Source: Piscirickettsiaceae bacterium (GTDB taxonomy: Bacteria; Pseudomonadota; Gammaproteobacteria; Methylococcales; Cycloclasticaceae). Taken from it: DNA of 48,334 bases. Below are positions 1 to 9,678 of the stretch, piece after piece; positions within the stretch are counted from its first letter, which is position 1; each line of letters starts with the position of its first letter. Below the pieces are notes generated by a model that saw only the letters and a list, made by a program, of their open reading frames with translations, was not told where the DNA came from and did not search any database. The translations under genes and the position numbers were made by a program. Location of the stretch: contig NVSW01000002.1 in assembly GCA_002401365.1 (NCBI GenBank), positions 1 to 48,334 of the forward strand. The letters are read 5' to 3'.

Positions 1-1118
1 GCTTGTTCGGACGCTGTAACGGCCTCTTTTTCGGTTTTTTCCAGTTCTGTTCTGACGTTTTCTATCGAGTTTGAAATTTCTGAGGTGGCAGTGACGTGCT
101 CTTGAATTATGTTTTGAATTTCACGTGCCTGATCCTCGGATGACGATGCTTGTTGGTTAATGGTTTGCAAGGTTGAGCCGATGAGTTCAGTCTTTTCGAC
201 CACATCATCAACATTAATGACCAACTGCTCCATGGTGTTAACGGCCGACCCTGTTTCTCCACGGATTTCGCTCAGCATTTTGGCAATATCGCTGGTGGCA
301 GCGGCTGTTTTATTGGCTAATTCTCGCACTTCATCGGCGACTACGGCGAAGCCTCGGCCGTGTTCTCCAGCTCTAGCGGCTTCAATTGCCGCATTTAAAG
401 CGAGTAAGTTGGTTTGTTCTGCAACACTGTTAATGACGTCGGTGATCGATTGTATTTGTTCAGATTTTGATTTTAGATTATTAATAGATTTTGATGTCTC
501 TTGAACCTGTTCGTTGACACCATGGATGGTTTTGATTGCCTTGTTAATGGCCGTTTGACCTTCAACACAAGAGGCGTGAGTACTGGCGGCCGCTTCAACA
601 GCTTGTGTTAACGATTCAGCAACTTGGGATGTAGATTGTGACATTTCTTCAGCTGCACTGGCAATTTGGATTGATTGCTTGGCTTGGCTTTGAATAGTAA
701 TGTTTAAGCCATCGACAAAACTCGATACTTCAGCAGAACCAATGGCTATAGTATTGCCACTATTGCCCAAGCGTTTTGCGCGTTGGTAAAAGTCGTCAAC
801 GTACTTTCTAATTGCGCTGTAGAGGCCAACTAATAAAGTATTGTTATCGATGATTTTTTCTTGGTCTTTGGGGACTTGTTTATTATTAGTTAAACAATAG
901 GCGATAATGCCCATGGATTTAAATGTCGGTCTTAAGAATAAAAAGTATAAAACCACCAGCGTCGCAATAACCGATACCGCGGCCGTAATTACAGCAGTTA
1001 TCATATGATTCATATGGTCGGGTGTTAAATAGCCGATGGCTAACCCGCTACCAATGCCGATAACTAGGCAGATCCCCAGTAGAGGTAATAAAGTTTTTAT
1101 TGAGTATTCACCGTTCAT
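1..1118 (-). CDS. Methyl-accepting chemotaxis protein (3' end runs off the window)
   Basis: Translated by hand from the ATG at 1118: [64 protein letters not shown]..., which gives two TM helices, and later the hallmark signalling hairpin [40 protein letters not shown]. No stop codon before position 1. Confidence 0.95.
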   Translation of the reverse strand, partial: MNGEYSIKTLLPLLGICLVIGIGSGLAIGYLTPDHMNHMITAVITAAVSVIATLVVLYFLFLRPTFKSMGIIAYCLTNNKQVPKDQEKIIDNNTLLVGLYSAIRKYVDDFYQRAKRLGNSGNTIAIGSAEVSSFVDGLNITIQSQAKQSIQIASAAEEMSQSTSQVAESLTQAVEAAASTHASCVEGQTAINKAIKTIHGVNEQVQETSKSINNLKSKSEQIQSITDVINSVAEQTNLLALNAAIEAARAGEHGRGFAVVADEVRELANKTAAATSDIAKMLSEIRGETGSAVNTMEQLVINVDDVVEKTELIGSTLQTINQQASSSEDQAREIQNIIQEHVTATSEISNSIENVRTELEKTEKEAVTASEQ

Positions 1119-1161
1119 AACGTCTTCTCGTAGGGTATTTGTTTCATTAGGTTGTTGATTA

Positions 1162-2304
1162 TTAGTTAATGATTAACGACAAATTTGTATTTTCTTTAAC
1201 GGTAAGTGTAGAAGAAACTTTAATCATTTGTGGAAACAGACGTTTTTTTTGCTGTTGTTTGATTGCCCAGCTTACGTGTTCACAAATGATCGGGTCAGAG
1301 TGTTGTGATTTTTGTTTTAAGTGAAGCAAAATTTGTCGAGCAAAAGGTGCATTGCCTAGTGCAACGGCAATATTTCGAATCCAGCTAGAGTAACCAATTC
1401 GTCGTATGGCAGAGCCTTCTGTTTTTTGTAGGAACTCTGCTTCAGTCCAGTTGAACAATTCAATTAATGTGGCTGTATCTAGTTGCTGACGAGCTAAAAA
1501 ATCGTGCTCGTCCGTTATTTGTGCAAAACGGTTCCATGGGCATACTTGCTGGCAATCATCACAGCCATATATATGGTTACCCATTAATGGGCGTAGCGCT
1601 TCTGGAATGCTTCCTTTTAGCTCTATGGTCAAGTAAGAAATACAACGCCTTGCGTCGACGGTATAGGGGGCGATAATGGCTTGAGTTGGGCAGATATCAA
1701 TACAATCGGTACAGTTGCCACAGTGGTTCTCAGAAATCTGGTCTATAGGTAGTGGAATATCAGTATATAACTCACCTAAAAAAAACCAAGAGCCTGCTTG
1801 TTTGTTTAAAACGTTGCTGTGTTTTCCTATCCAGCCAAGTCCGGCTTTTTCTGCGAGAGCTTTCTCCATTACTGGTGCGCTGTCGACGAAAGCACGGTAA
1901 CCAAAATGGCCAATATGTTGTTCGATAAAGGTTGCTAGTTTTTGCAGCTTTTTTCGAATAACTTTGTGATAATCACGGCCAAGTGCATAACGTGAAATAT
2001 AGGCTTGAGCAGGATCGGCCATCAATTGATTGGTTTGCTGCATCGGTTCAGGTAGGTAATCCATACGGCAGGAGATAACGCGCAGAGTACCAGGGATAAG
2101 TTCATTGGGTCGTGTTCGCTTGCTACCATGTTTTTGCATGTATGACATGTCACCGTGATAGCCCAAATTAAGCCAGCGGTTAAGTTGTTGTTCGGCCTCT
2201 GATAGTTCCGTGTCGGTAATGCCAACCTGCTGGAAGCCCAATGTTTTTCCATAGGCTTTTATATCTTGGGCTAATTGCCAGAAGTCGGTGTCGTTTGTGT
2301 TCAT
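1162..2304 (-). CDS. queG: tRNA epoxyqueuosine(34) reductase
   Basis: [28 protein letters not shown], the Fe-S motif [22 protein letters not shown] and [12 protein letters not shown]. The ATG at 2304 (MNTND) is preferred over the ORF-track start at 2337. Confidence 0.97.
   Translation of the reverse strand: MNTNDTDFWQLAQDIKAYGKTLGFQQVGITDTELSEAEQQLNRWLNLGYHGDMSYMQKHGSKRTRPNELIPGTLRVISCRMDYLPEPMQQTNQLMADPAQAYISRYALGRDYHKVIRKKLQKLATFIEQHIGHFGYRAFVDSAPVMEKALAEKAGLGWIGKHSNVLNKQAGSWFFLGELYTDIPLPIDQISENHCGNCTDCIDICPTQAIIAPYTVDARRCISYLTIELKGSIPEALRPLMGNHIYGCDDCQQVCPWNRFAQITDEHDFLARQQLDTATLIELFNWTEAEFLQKTEGSAIRRIGYSSWIRNIAVALGNAPFARQILLHLKQKSQHSDPIICEHVSWAIKQQQKKRLFPQMIKVSSTLTVKENTNLSLIIN
1196..1222 (-). 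promoter_or_regulatory. Sigma28 (FliA) promoter for the MCP gene, embedded in the queG 3' end
   Basis: Minus strand reads TAAAGTTT-N11-ACCGTTAA against the consensus TAAAGTTT-N11-GCCGATAA. It lies about 80 bp upstream of a chemoreceptor ATG. Confidence 0.75.
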
Positions 2305-2363
2305 CTGCGGTAGGATACCCGAAAAAAGAAGCAACATTTATTTTCAACGCCTATAGGTGTCTT

Positions 2364-3203
2364 ATGGTTAGTGTTCAACAACAAGACGTAGATATTTTAT
2401 CATTTGAAAAAATGCAAAAAATGTTACTGCCTCGTGATAAATTCTCTCATAAAGGTGATTTTGGCCATGTGCTTTTGGTGGGTGGTAATTTAGGCTATAT
2501 GGGGGCTGTCTGTTTGGCTGCAGAAGCCTCTTTACGAGTAGGGAGCGGTCTTGTTAGCGTTGCTACGCGCGCAGAACATGCCTCGTTAGTGACGCTTAAT
2601 CGACTGGAATTGATGTGTCGAGGGGTAAGTAATCAAATTGAACTTAAACGACTTTCTGAGCGCTGTAACGTTATTGGAGTTGGTCCAGGGTTGGGGGAAT
2701 CTGACTGGTCGCATCGGATGTTTGAGGGGGTTCTTGGATTAAAAAAAGCGACAGTCGTTGATGCTGACGGGCTGAACTTACTGGCAAAAGAGGCACGAAA
2801 AAACGACTGTTGGGTATTAACGCCTCATCCCGCTGAGGCAGCACGTTTACTAGACTGTAGCACTGCAGATATTCAAGCAAACAGGGTAGCATCTATAAAG
2901 CAATTGCAGCAGCAGTACGGTGGTGTGATTGTTTTAAAAGGTGCTGGAACTTTAATACACGCCGGTAATAATGTTTTTATATGCCAAGCAGGAAACCCAG
3001 GGATGGCATCTGGTGGTATGGGCGATGTTTTAACGGGTATTATTACAGGCTTGATAGCGCAAGGGCTTGGCTTGTTAGAGTCGGTAAAATTGGCTGTGTT
3101 GATTCATGCAACGGCGGGTGACCGTGCTGCATTAGCGGGTGAAAGGGGGCTGTTGGCCAGTGACCTAATGCCGCATATACGAGAGCTAGTGAATGAAAAT
3201 TGA
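2364..3203 (+). CDS. nnrD: ADP-dependent NAD(P)H-hydrate dehydratase (YjeF C-terminal domain only)
   Basis: SHKGDFGHVLLVGG, GVGPGLG, VVDADGLN, LTPHPAEAARLL, VLKGAGT and GGMGDVLTG. ATG at 2364 has AGGTG upstream; the longer ORF-track start overlaps queG. Confidence 0.93.
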   Translation: MVSVQQQDVDILSFEKMQKMLLPRDKFSHKGDFGHVLLVGGNLGYMGAVCLAAEASLRVGSGLVSVATRAEHASLVTLNRLELMCRGVSNQIELKRLSERCNVIGVGPGLGESDWSHRMFEGVLGLKKATVVDADGLNLLAKEARKNDCWVLTPHPAEAARLLDCSTADIQANRVASIKQLQQQYGGVIVLKGAGTLIHAGNNVFICQAGNPGMASGGMGDVLTGIITGLIAQGLGLLESVKLAVLIHATAGDRAALAGERGLLASDLMPHIRELVNEN

Positions 3204-3600
3204 AAACGAATTGGAGATGCTGCAGGCAGGAGCAGTGTTTGCGAAAGGGCTGCGACCCGGGTTGTTAATTTTTCTAATTGGCGATCTGGGTGCAGGTAAA
3301 ACGACGTTTGTTAGAGGTGTGCTACGAGCTTTGGGGCATGTTGGTGCGGTTAAAAGCCCAACCTACAATATTGTCGAGCCGTATGAATTGGACAATCAGC
3401 TATTTTATCATTTTGATTTGTACCGAGTTAGTGATGCGGAAGAATTAGAATATATGGGTATCAGAGATTATTTGCGGACAGATACTATTTCATTTGTAGA
3501 GTGGCCTGATAAGGGGGAGGGCATCTTGCCTGTTGCCGATGTTGTTATTAACTTTACAATAAATGGCACAAAAAGAGTGTTAGAAATGGTGGCTAAATGA
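3193..3600 (+). CDS. tsaE: tRNA threonylcarbamoyladenosine biosynthesis ATPase
   Basis: GDLGAGKTT P-loop, VKSPTYNIVEPY, HFDLYR and VEWP, in the canonical position before amiB. Confidence 0.97.
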   Translation: MKIENELEMLQAGAVFAKGLRPGLLIFLIGDLGAGKTTFVRGVLRALGHVGAVKSPTYNIVEPYELDNQLFYHFDLYRVSDAEELEYMGIRDYLRTDTISFVEWPDKGEGILPVADVVINFTINGTKRVLEMVAK

Positions 3601-3622
3601 GAAAAACTATTACAAAAATTGC

Positions 3623-3652
3623 TTGACATACATGTGCTTATGAAACTATTCT
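3623..3652 (+). promoter_or_regulatory. Putative sigma70 promoter of amiB-mutL
   Basis: TTGACA-18 bp-TATTCT in the tsaE-amiB spacer. Confidence 0.5.
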
Positions 3653-3705
3653 CGAAAAAATATTGAGATTTGTAAGAATTCGACCGTTTTATTTAAATAC
3701 GAATA

Positions 3706-5028
3706 ATGAAAATAATGATGAATTCTATAAATAAGCAATTGTTTTGTCTGCTTGCCTGGTTGTTGGTGTTGAGTTGCCAAGCTGTTGCTGCGAATAATGA
3801 TTTATCTGTAAATTCACTTCGATTTTGGACAGCGCCGGATCACACCCGGCTTGTATTTGGTGTTTCTTCCCCGATTAAGCATAAAATTTTTACCCTCGAT
3901 AACCCGCCGCGGTTAGTGCTAGATCTTAAAGGTGCAACGTTTAACGGTAAACTTCCTGATTTTGCTAAGCATCAGCTCGTCAGCTTGATTAGAGAAGGTG
4001 TGCGCGACAACAAAGATCTTCGTATCGTGTTGGACCTGAAAAAGCGTGTGATACCTAAAAGCTTTCTATTAAAGCCAAATAAAAGTTATGGTCACCGTTT
4101 GGTCGTTGATTTATACCCAGAAAAATCGCGCATATCACAAAAACCTAAGGTCGTTAAGCGGGCAAGCTCTGGTGTGGGACATAAAAAATGGGTGATTGCC
4201 ATTGATGCGGGGCATGGGGGGGAAGACCCAGGTGCGAAAGGGTATAAAGGAACACGCGAAAAAGATGTGGTCTTAGCAATCGCTAGAAAATTAGCGGTTA
4301 AAATAAATCAGCAGCATAATATGAAAGCCTATATGGTACGTTCGGGTGATTATTACATCGGCTTAAGGCAGCGAATGGAAAAGGCTCGCCAAGCACGCGC
4401 TGATTTGTTTATTTCTATTCATGCCGATGCCTTTAGAGATCAACGGGCGCATGGTTCATCGGTTTACGTGCTATCCAACCGAGGTGCCAGTAGTGAGGCT
4501 GCTCGGTGGTTGGCTGATAGTGAAAATGCCGCCGATTTGGTTGGCGGTGTTAGCCTTGATGATAAAGATGATATGTTGGCATCTGTGCTATTGGATTTGT
4601 CGCAAAACGCCACCAAAGATGCCAGTGTAACAGTTGCAGATCAGATATTAAGAAACTTGAAGGGCGTAACGCGTGCGCATAAAAAGTACGTTCAACGTGC
4701 TGGTTTTGTGGTGTTGAAATCACCAGATATTCCGTCGGTATTAATTGAAACGGCGTTTATATCTAACCGAAGTGAAGAGGCTAAGTTAAGGAGTCCGGCG
4801 CATCAAACAAAACTTGCAACGGCCATTTTAAAAGGGGTCAAGAACTATTTTGCCCAACAAGCTCGGCCATCTTCTCAGTTTGCTGATAGCCAATACAAGA
4901 TTAGGAGAGGGGATACGTTGTCAGCTATCGCTCAACGCTATCGCGTACCGTTAGCTCAACTCAAAAGAATTAATGCGATGAAAAGCAACCGCATTCGAAT
5001 TGGTCAGGTGATTAAGATTCCAAGCTAG
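3706..5028 (+). CDS. amiB: N-acetylmuramoyl-L-alanine amidase (signal peptide, AMIN, Amidase_3, LysM)
   Basis: IDAGHGGEDPGA, ISIHADAF, VLKSPDIPSVLIETAFISN and a C-terminal LysM (YKIRRGDTLSAIAQRY). The exact start may be 3706, 3715 or 3718. Confidence 0.93.
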   Translation: MKIMMNSINKQLFCLLAWLLVLSCQAVAANNDLSVNSLRFWTAPDHTRLVFGVSSPIKHKIFTLDNPPRLVLDLKGATFNGKLPDFAKHQLVSLIREGVRDNKDLRIVLDLKKRVIPKSFLLKPNKSYGHRLVVDLYPEKSRISQKPKVVKRASSGVGHKKWVIAIDAGHGGEDPGAKGYKGTREKDVVLAIARKLAVKINQQHNMKAYMVRSGDYYIGLRQRMEKARQARADLFISIHADAFRDQRAHGSSVYVLSNRGASSEAARWLADSENAADLVGGVSLDDKDDMLASVLLDLSQNATKDASVTVADQILRNLKGVTRAHKKYVQRAGFVVLKSPDIPSVLIETAFISNRSEEAKLRSPAHQTKLATAILKGVKNYFAQQARPSSQFADSQYKIRRGDTLSAIAQRYRVPLAQLKRINAMKSNRIRIGQVIKIPS

Positions 5029-5094
5029 TTGTTTGTTTTCAGCTGAAGTTAGTGGCTCAATTCCGATACAATACATCATGTGTCGAGAAGCCTT

Positions 5095-6858
5095 ATGTCA
5101 ATAAAACTGTTACCACCACAATTGATCAACCAAATTGCCGCTGGTGAGGTGATAGAGCGCCCAGCATCTGCCGTTAAAGAGCTAATTGAGAATGCTTTGG
5201 ATGCCGGTGCGGCGATGATAAGGGTTGAAATTGAAGACGGCGGTGCACGTTTGATCAAAGTTTGTGATGACGGTGCTGGTATCATTAAAAAAGAGCTTTC
5301 GCTGGCGCTGTCACGCCATGCAACCAGTAAAATTGCTTCATTGAATGATTTAGAGTCAGTGATGAGTTTTGGTTTTCGAGGTGAGGCTTTGCCAAGCATG
5401 AGTTCGGTGTCGCGACTGATGATAACCACCCGTGTGGCGGATGAAACAATAGCTTGGAGCGTGCGCGCCGATGGTACAGAGGTAGAGCTGGAACCTACGC
5501 CGGCTGCTCATCCGCTAGGGACAACTGTCGAGTTGCGAGAACTTTTTTATAACACGCCGGCGAGACGAAAATTTCTTAAAACAGATAAAACCGAGTTTAG
5601 CCATATCGAAACTGTTGTTAAACGGATGGCGTTGAGCCGTTTTGATGTGGGTTTTAGCCTTAAGCACAATCAGCGTCAGACCCTTAATTTAAAGCCAGCA
5701 AATAATAAACAAGATAAGGATCAGCGCGTTGCTCTATTGTGTGGCGTAGGGTTTATCGAGAATTCGCTAGATGTAAATATAGCAGCCGGGGATCTGGCAT
5801 TACAGGGCTGGATTGGTTTGCCGACCCATTCTAGGTCACAAGCTGATATGCAGTTTTTTTATGTTAATGGTCGTTTAATACGCGACAAACTTATTAACCA
5901 CGCAATTAGAATGGCTTATCAAGATGTATTATTTCATGGTCGTCACCCTGTGTATGTCTTATATTTAACGATCGATCCAAGGCTAGTGGATGTGAATGCT
6001 CACCCAGCAAAACTAGAGGTGCGATTCCGTGAAAGTCGGGCAGTACACGATTTTGTGTATCGACGAATAAAACAACTGTTGGCAGATGTTAGACCAAGTG
6101 ACCATTTTTCTGAAGTGCCGGCTTTAGCGTCTACTGTGAGAAATACGGCGCACTACCAAGAGATGGAACAATCTGCTATGCCAATGTCTATAGCTGAACC
6201 TGTACGGCATTATGCTTCACATGGCGATTATTCGCCGCGCCAACGTGCGCAAAATTCGACAGCTGAGCAAGCATTGCACCCTATGGGCTATGCTATTGCT
6301 CACTTGCATAATACCTACATTCTGGCAGAGTCAACGAACGGTTTGGTGCTAGTCGACGCGCACGCAGCACATGAACGTATTGTGTACGAGACGTTAAAAC
6401 AACAATATGATATGGGCAACTTGGCTGCACAACCGTTGCTTATTCCACAAAAAATGCACGTGTCAGCGGATGAAATGGCGACTTTTGAGCAGCATCAAAC
6501 CTTTTTTTCTGAACTAGGTGTTGAATTAAGTGCGGCGGGTCCTGACTCATTATTGATTCGCTCTATACCTGTTTTGTTAGCAACCGATGGCGCCGAAAAG
6601 TTAGTGCGTGAATTATTACAGGATGTTGCCGCAACCGGTGAAAGCTCAACCGTGAAAGAGGCATGTTACACCGTATTGGGTAATATGGCGTGCCACGGGT
6701 CTGTGCGCGCAAACCGGCGTTTAACAGAAATGGAAATGAATGGCTTGTTACGTGATATGGAGAAAACGCAAAACAGCGGCCAGTGTAACCATGGGCGGCC
6801 CACTTGGGTGCTATTGGATGCGAAACAGCTGGATGCGTTATTTTTACGCGGTCAATAG
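5095..6858 (+). CDS. mutL: DNA mismatch repair protein MutL (endonuclease type)
   Basis: NQIAAGEVIERPASAVKELIENALDAG, GFRGEAL, DAHAAHERIVYE, MACH and CNHGRP. ATG 5095 is preferred; GTG 5080 is the alternative. Confidence 0.98.
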   Translation: MSIKLLPPQLINQIAAGEVIERPASAVKELIENALDAGAAMIRVEIEDGGARLIKVCDDGAGIIKKELSLALSRHATSKIASLNDLESVMSFGFRGEALPSMSSVSRLMITTRVADETIAWSVRADGTEVELEPTPAAHPLGTTVELRELFYNTPARRKFLKTDKTEFSHIETVVKRMALSRFDVGFSLKHNQRQTLNLKPANNKQDKDQRVALLCGVGFIENSLDVNIAAGDLALQGWIGLPTHSRSQADMQFFYVNGRLIRDKLINHAIRMAYQDVLFHGRHPVYVLYLTIDPRLVDVNAHPAKLEVRFRESRAVHDFVYRRIKQLLADVRPSDHFSEVPALASTVRNTAHYQEMEQSAMPMSIAEPVRHYASHGDYSPRQRAQNSTAEQALHPMGYAIAHLHNTYILAESTNGLVLVDAHAAHERIVYETLKQQYDMGNLAAQPLLIPQKMHVSADEMATFEQHQTFFSELGVELSAAGPDSLLIRSIPVLLATDGAEKLVRELLQDVAATGESSTVKEACYTVLGNMACHGSVRANRRLTEMEMNGLLRDMEKTQNSGQCNHGRPTWVLLDAKQLDALFLRGQ

Positions 6859-6869
6859 TTTGATAACGG

Positions 6870-7826
6870 ATGGCTAAACCCAAGGTAATTTTATTAATGG
6901 GGCCGACAGCGTCTGGTAAAACGCAGTTAGCTATTGATGTGGCAAAAGAAATTAACGGTGAAATTATTAGTGTGGATTCTGCGCTGGTTTTTCGTGGCAT
7001 GGATATCGGCACTGCGAAACCTGATATGGATGAAAGGGCGGGTATAAAGCACCACCTTATCGATATTATTGATCCTTCACAGCGTTTTTCTGCAGGGCGG
7101 TTTGCCGACCAAGCTAACATGTTGATCAGTGAGATAACGCAACGTGGGAAAGCGGTTATTCTAGTAGGCGGCACCATGCTGTACTTTCATGTGTTGCTTG
7201 AAGGTATTGCAGAATTGCCTGCCGCTAATGAAGCTGTTAGGAAAGAGATTGATGAGCTTGCACAACTACGAGGTTGGGCGTATGTGCATAAGCAACTGCA
7301 AGAAGTAGATGCAGTGGCGGCAGTAAGAATTCACCCAAATGACCCGCAGCGAATTCAACGAGCGCTTGAGATATATAAAGTGTCAGGGCGAAATCAATCG
7401 GAGTGGCTGGAATCGCAAAAAACCGTTGACTTGTCGTTTGTGCCGCTAAAGTTTTCTATTGCACCGGTCGAGCGACAAATTCTACATAATAAGATTGAAC
7501 AGCGGTTTAATCTGATGCTTGAGCAAGGTTTTGAGGAAGAGGTGTGCGCGTTGTTTAAGAGGCAGGACTTGCACATGGATTTGCCAGCAATCAGAGCGGT
7601 AGGTTATCGACAGATGTGGGCGTATTTAAGTGGGGAATATAGCGTTAATACAATGCGTGAGAAAGCAATTATTGCCACCCGTCAGTTAGCAAAGAGGCAA
7701 TTCACTTGGCTACGGCGGCAAACCAATGTAACCGGTTTGGAAACGGGTGATAAAGCTGCATTGACGAGCATATTGGCCCTTTTTAATCAAAGGGCTGAAA
7801 TAAATAATCGTCCGTTGCAAAAATAA
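6870..7826 (+). CDS. miaA: tRNA dimethylallyltransferase
   Basis: GPTASGKT, ISVDSALVFRGMDIGTAKP, VGGTMLY, HPNDPQRIQRALE and TRQLAKRQFTW. Confidence 0.98.
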   Translation: MAKPKVILLMGPTASGKTQLAIDVAKEINGEIISVDSALVFRGMDIGTAKPDMDERAGIKHHLIDIIDPSQRFSAGRFADQANMLISEITQRGKAVILVGGTMLYFHVLLEGIAELPAANEAVRKEIDELAQLRGWAYVHKQLQEVDAVAAVRIHPNDPQRIQRALEIYKVSGRNQSEWLESQKTVDLSFVPLKFSIAPVERQILHNKIEQRFNLMLEQGFEEEVCALFKRQDLHMDLPAIRAVGYRQMWAYLSGEYSVNTMREKAIIATRQLAKRQFTWLRRQTNVTGLETGDKAALTSILALFNQRAEINNRPLQK

Positions 7827-7859
7827 AGGGACTTTTCATTAAAAATTATCGTCACTGGC

Positions 7860-7887
7860 CTTGAAATTAACGTAAAAGTCACCATTT
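7860..7887 (+). promoter_or_regulatory. Sigma32 (RpoH) heat-shock promoter upstream of hfq
   Basis: CTTGAAA-13 bp-CACCATTT against the consensus CTTGAAA-N13/14-CCCCATNT. Confidence 0.7.
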
Positions 7888-8027
7888 AACGTGTTCCGCA
7901 AGATACAATTGAGCAGATATGGCGTGTTATTGCCGCCGTGAATGTGAATACTTAGGAATGAATTGAGTTATTTGGTAAGTTTATACGTGCTGGGTAGGTC
8001 TTAATCAACAATAAAAAGGAGCAAGGT

Positions 8028-8258
8028 ATGTCAAAAGTGAATAACTTACAAGACGGGTTTTTAAATACATTAAGAAAAGAACACGTGCCTGTCGCTATAT
8101 TTCTAGTTAACGGAATAAAGTTACAAGGTCAAATCGAGTCTTTTGATCAATATGTTGTGATCCTTAAAAATGCGATTAACCAAATGGTATATAAACATGC
8201 CATTTCAACTATTGTACCTGCCCGCTCTGTTCAAACACCACGAGCTGATGAGCAGTAA
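8028..8258 (+). CDS. hfq: RNA chaperone Hfq
   Basis: [28 protein letters not shown] and [13 protein letters not shown]; AAGGAG Shine-Dalgarno (SD). Confidence 0.99.
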   Translation: MSKVNNLQDGFLNTLRKEHVPVAIFLVNGIKLQGQIESFDQYVVILKNAINQMVYKHAISTIVPARSVQTPRADEQ

Positions 8259-8302
8259 AAGGACCTAATCGTATTGTTGTATTTCAGTTGCCGCCTTAAT
8301 TA

Positions 8303-9565
8303 ATGGAGTTATTTGATCGCCCGGCGTTTGGCGAACGGGCAGTTATTGTCTACCTATCTATTAATGGCGGCTTTTCAGATGACGACTTAGAAGAGTTTAA
8401 ACAACTTGTTATTTCAGCTGACGTTGAACCGTTAGTGACTGTTTCAGGCTCAAGGCGTGCACCTGATAAACGCTATTTCGTGGGCAAGGGAAAACTAGAG
8501 GAACTACAGCAGGTGCTGTTGGAAAGTTGTGCCGATGTGGTGCTTTTTAACCATATGTTAAGCCCTAGTCAACAACGTAACCTTGAAGAAGTGTTGCAGG
8601 TTAGGGTGCTGGATAGAACCAGTTTGATTTTAGATATTTTTGCTCAACGTGCACAGTCATTTGAGGGCAAACTACAAGTTGAGTTGGCACAGTTGCAGCA
8701 TTTATCAACTCGGCTCGTTAGAGGCTGGACGCACTTGGAAAGACAAAAGGGTGGCATTGGTTTGCGTGGCCCGGGTGAAACTCAGCTCGAAACAGATAGG
8801 CGGTTGATCGGCCAACGTATCCGCCAAATCAAATCACGGTTGGCAAAAGTGAGTAAACAACGAGATCAGGGGCGACGTAGTCGTCAACGTGCAGATGTAC
8901 CAACGGTATCTTTGGTTGGCTATACCAATGCTGGAAAATCCACCTTGTTCAATCAGCTGACGGGGGCTGAGATTTATGTTGCTGACCAGCTTTTCGCAAC
9001 ACTTGACCCAACATTACGGCAGATAAAACTACCTGATTACGGAGAGCTGGTTATTGCCGATACCGTGGGGTTTATTCAAGACTTGCCGCATGAGCTGGTA
9101 GTGGCGTTTCGGTCTACCTTACAAGAAACTATTGAGGCTGATTTATTATTGCATGTGGTTGATGCTAGTAGCCCTAATCGACATGAACATATTCGAGAAG
9201 TGAATGCGGTATTGAAAGAAATTGGTGCGGATAAAACGCCACAACTGATGATTTATAACAAAATTGATAAGATGTCGGTCGTTGAGCCGCATATTGACAA
9301 AGGTGATGGTGGCCAAATTAAGTCTGTGTGGTTGTCGGCATTAAAGAAAAAAGGACTGAATCTTTTGTTAGACAGCTTGTCTACTCGGTGTCATGGTGAT
9401 GACACGCGGGTAGAAATTATATTAAAGCCACATCAGGCAAAATTACGGGCGCAGCTGTTTGAGGTGGCTCAAGTTATAAAAGAAAACAATAGAGAAGATG
9501 GCTGTTGGGTCATTGATATAAATATTCCTAATAAATATAAATATTTATTAGCTGGGGTAGGTTGA
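8303..9565 (+). CDS. hflX: Ribosome-splitting GTPase HflX
   Basis: GWTHLERQKGGIGLRGPGETQLETDRR, VGYTNAGKST, LFATLDPT, DTVGF and NKID. Confidence 0.98.
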   Translation: MELFDRPAFGERAVIVYLSINGGFSDDDLEEFKQLVISADVEPLVTVSGSRRAPDKRYFVGKGKLEELQQVLLESCADVVLFNHMLSPSQQRNLEEVLQVRVLDRTSLILDIFAQRAQSFEGKLQVELAQLQHLSTRLVRGWTHLERQKGGIGLRGPGETQLETDRRLIGQRIRQIKSRLAKVSKQRDQGRRSRQRADVPTVSLVGYTNAGKSTLFNQLTGAEIYVADQLFATLDPTLRQIKLPDYGELVIADTVGFIQDLPHELVVAFRSTLQETIEADLLLHVVDASSPNRHEHIREVNAVLKEIGADKTPQLMIYNKIDKMSVVEPHIDKGDGGQIKSVWLSALKKKGLNLLLDSLSTRCHGDDTRVEIILKPHQAKLRAQLFEVAQVIKENNREDGCWVIDINIPNKYKYLLAGVG

Positions 9566-9607
9566 GCTTAATATTGGAAAATGCACATTAAATAATGTGA
9601 TAACTTC

Positions 9608-9636
9608 TTGCCTGTATAAGCTTAGAGCCCTAAAAT
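9608..9636 (+). promoter_or_regulatory. Putative sigma70 promoter of hflKC
   Basis: TTGCCT-17 bp-TAAAAT, 42 bp upstream of the hflK ATG. Confidence 0.55.
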
Positions 9637-9678
9637 TACAAGTTGGAACAAACAAAATATTTAATATAGAGGTTTATT

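Noticed and set aside
160-504. 114-aa plus-strand ORF (…[29 protein letters not shown]…)
   Set aside because: It is the familiar antisense shadow of the MCP signalling domain on the minus strand.
2241-2363. N-terminal extension of the nnrD ORF as a possible epimerase remnant
   Set aside because: It overlaps the queG start on the opposite strand and shows no YjeF_N motifs (no GNNGGDG).
6563-7177. 204-aa minus-strand ORF across mutL and miaA, and similar antisense ORFs over purA, rnr, rlmB, fliE, fliI and oadB
   Set aside because: They lie fully antisense to well-conserved genes, have no recognisable motifs and show shadow-ORF composition.
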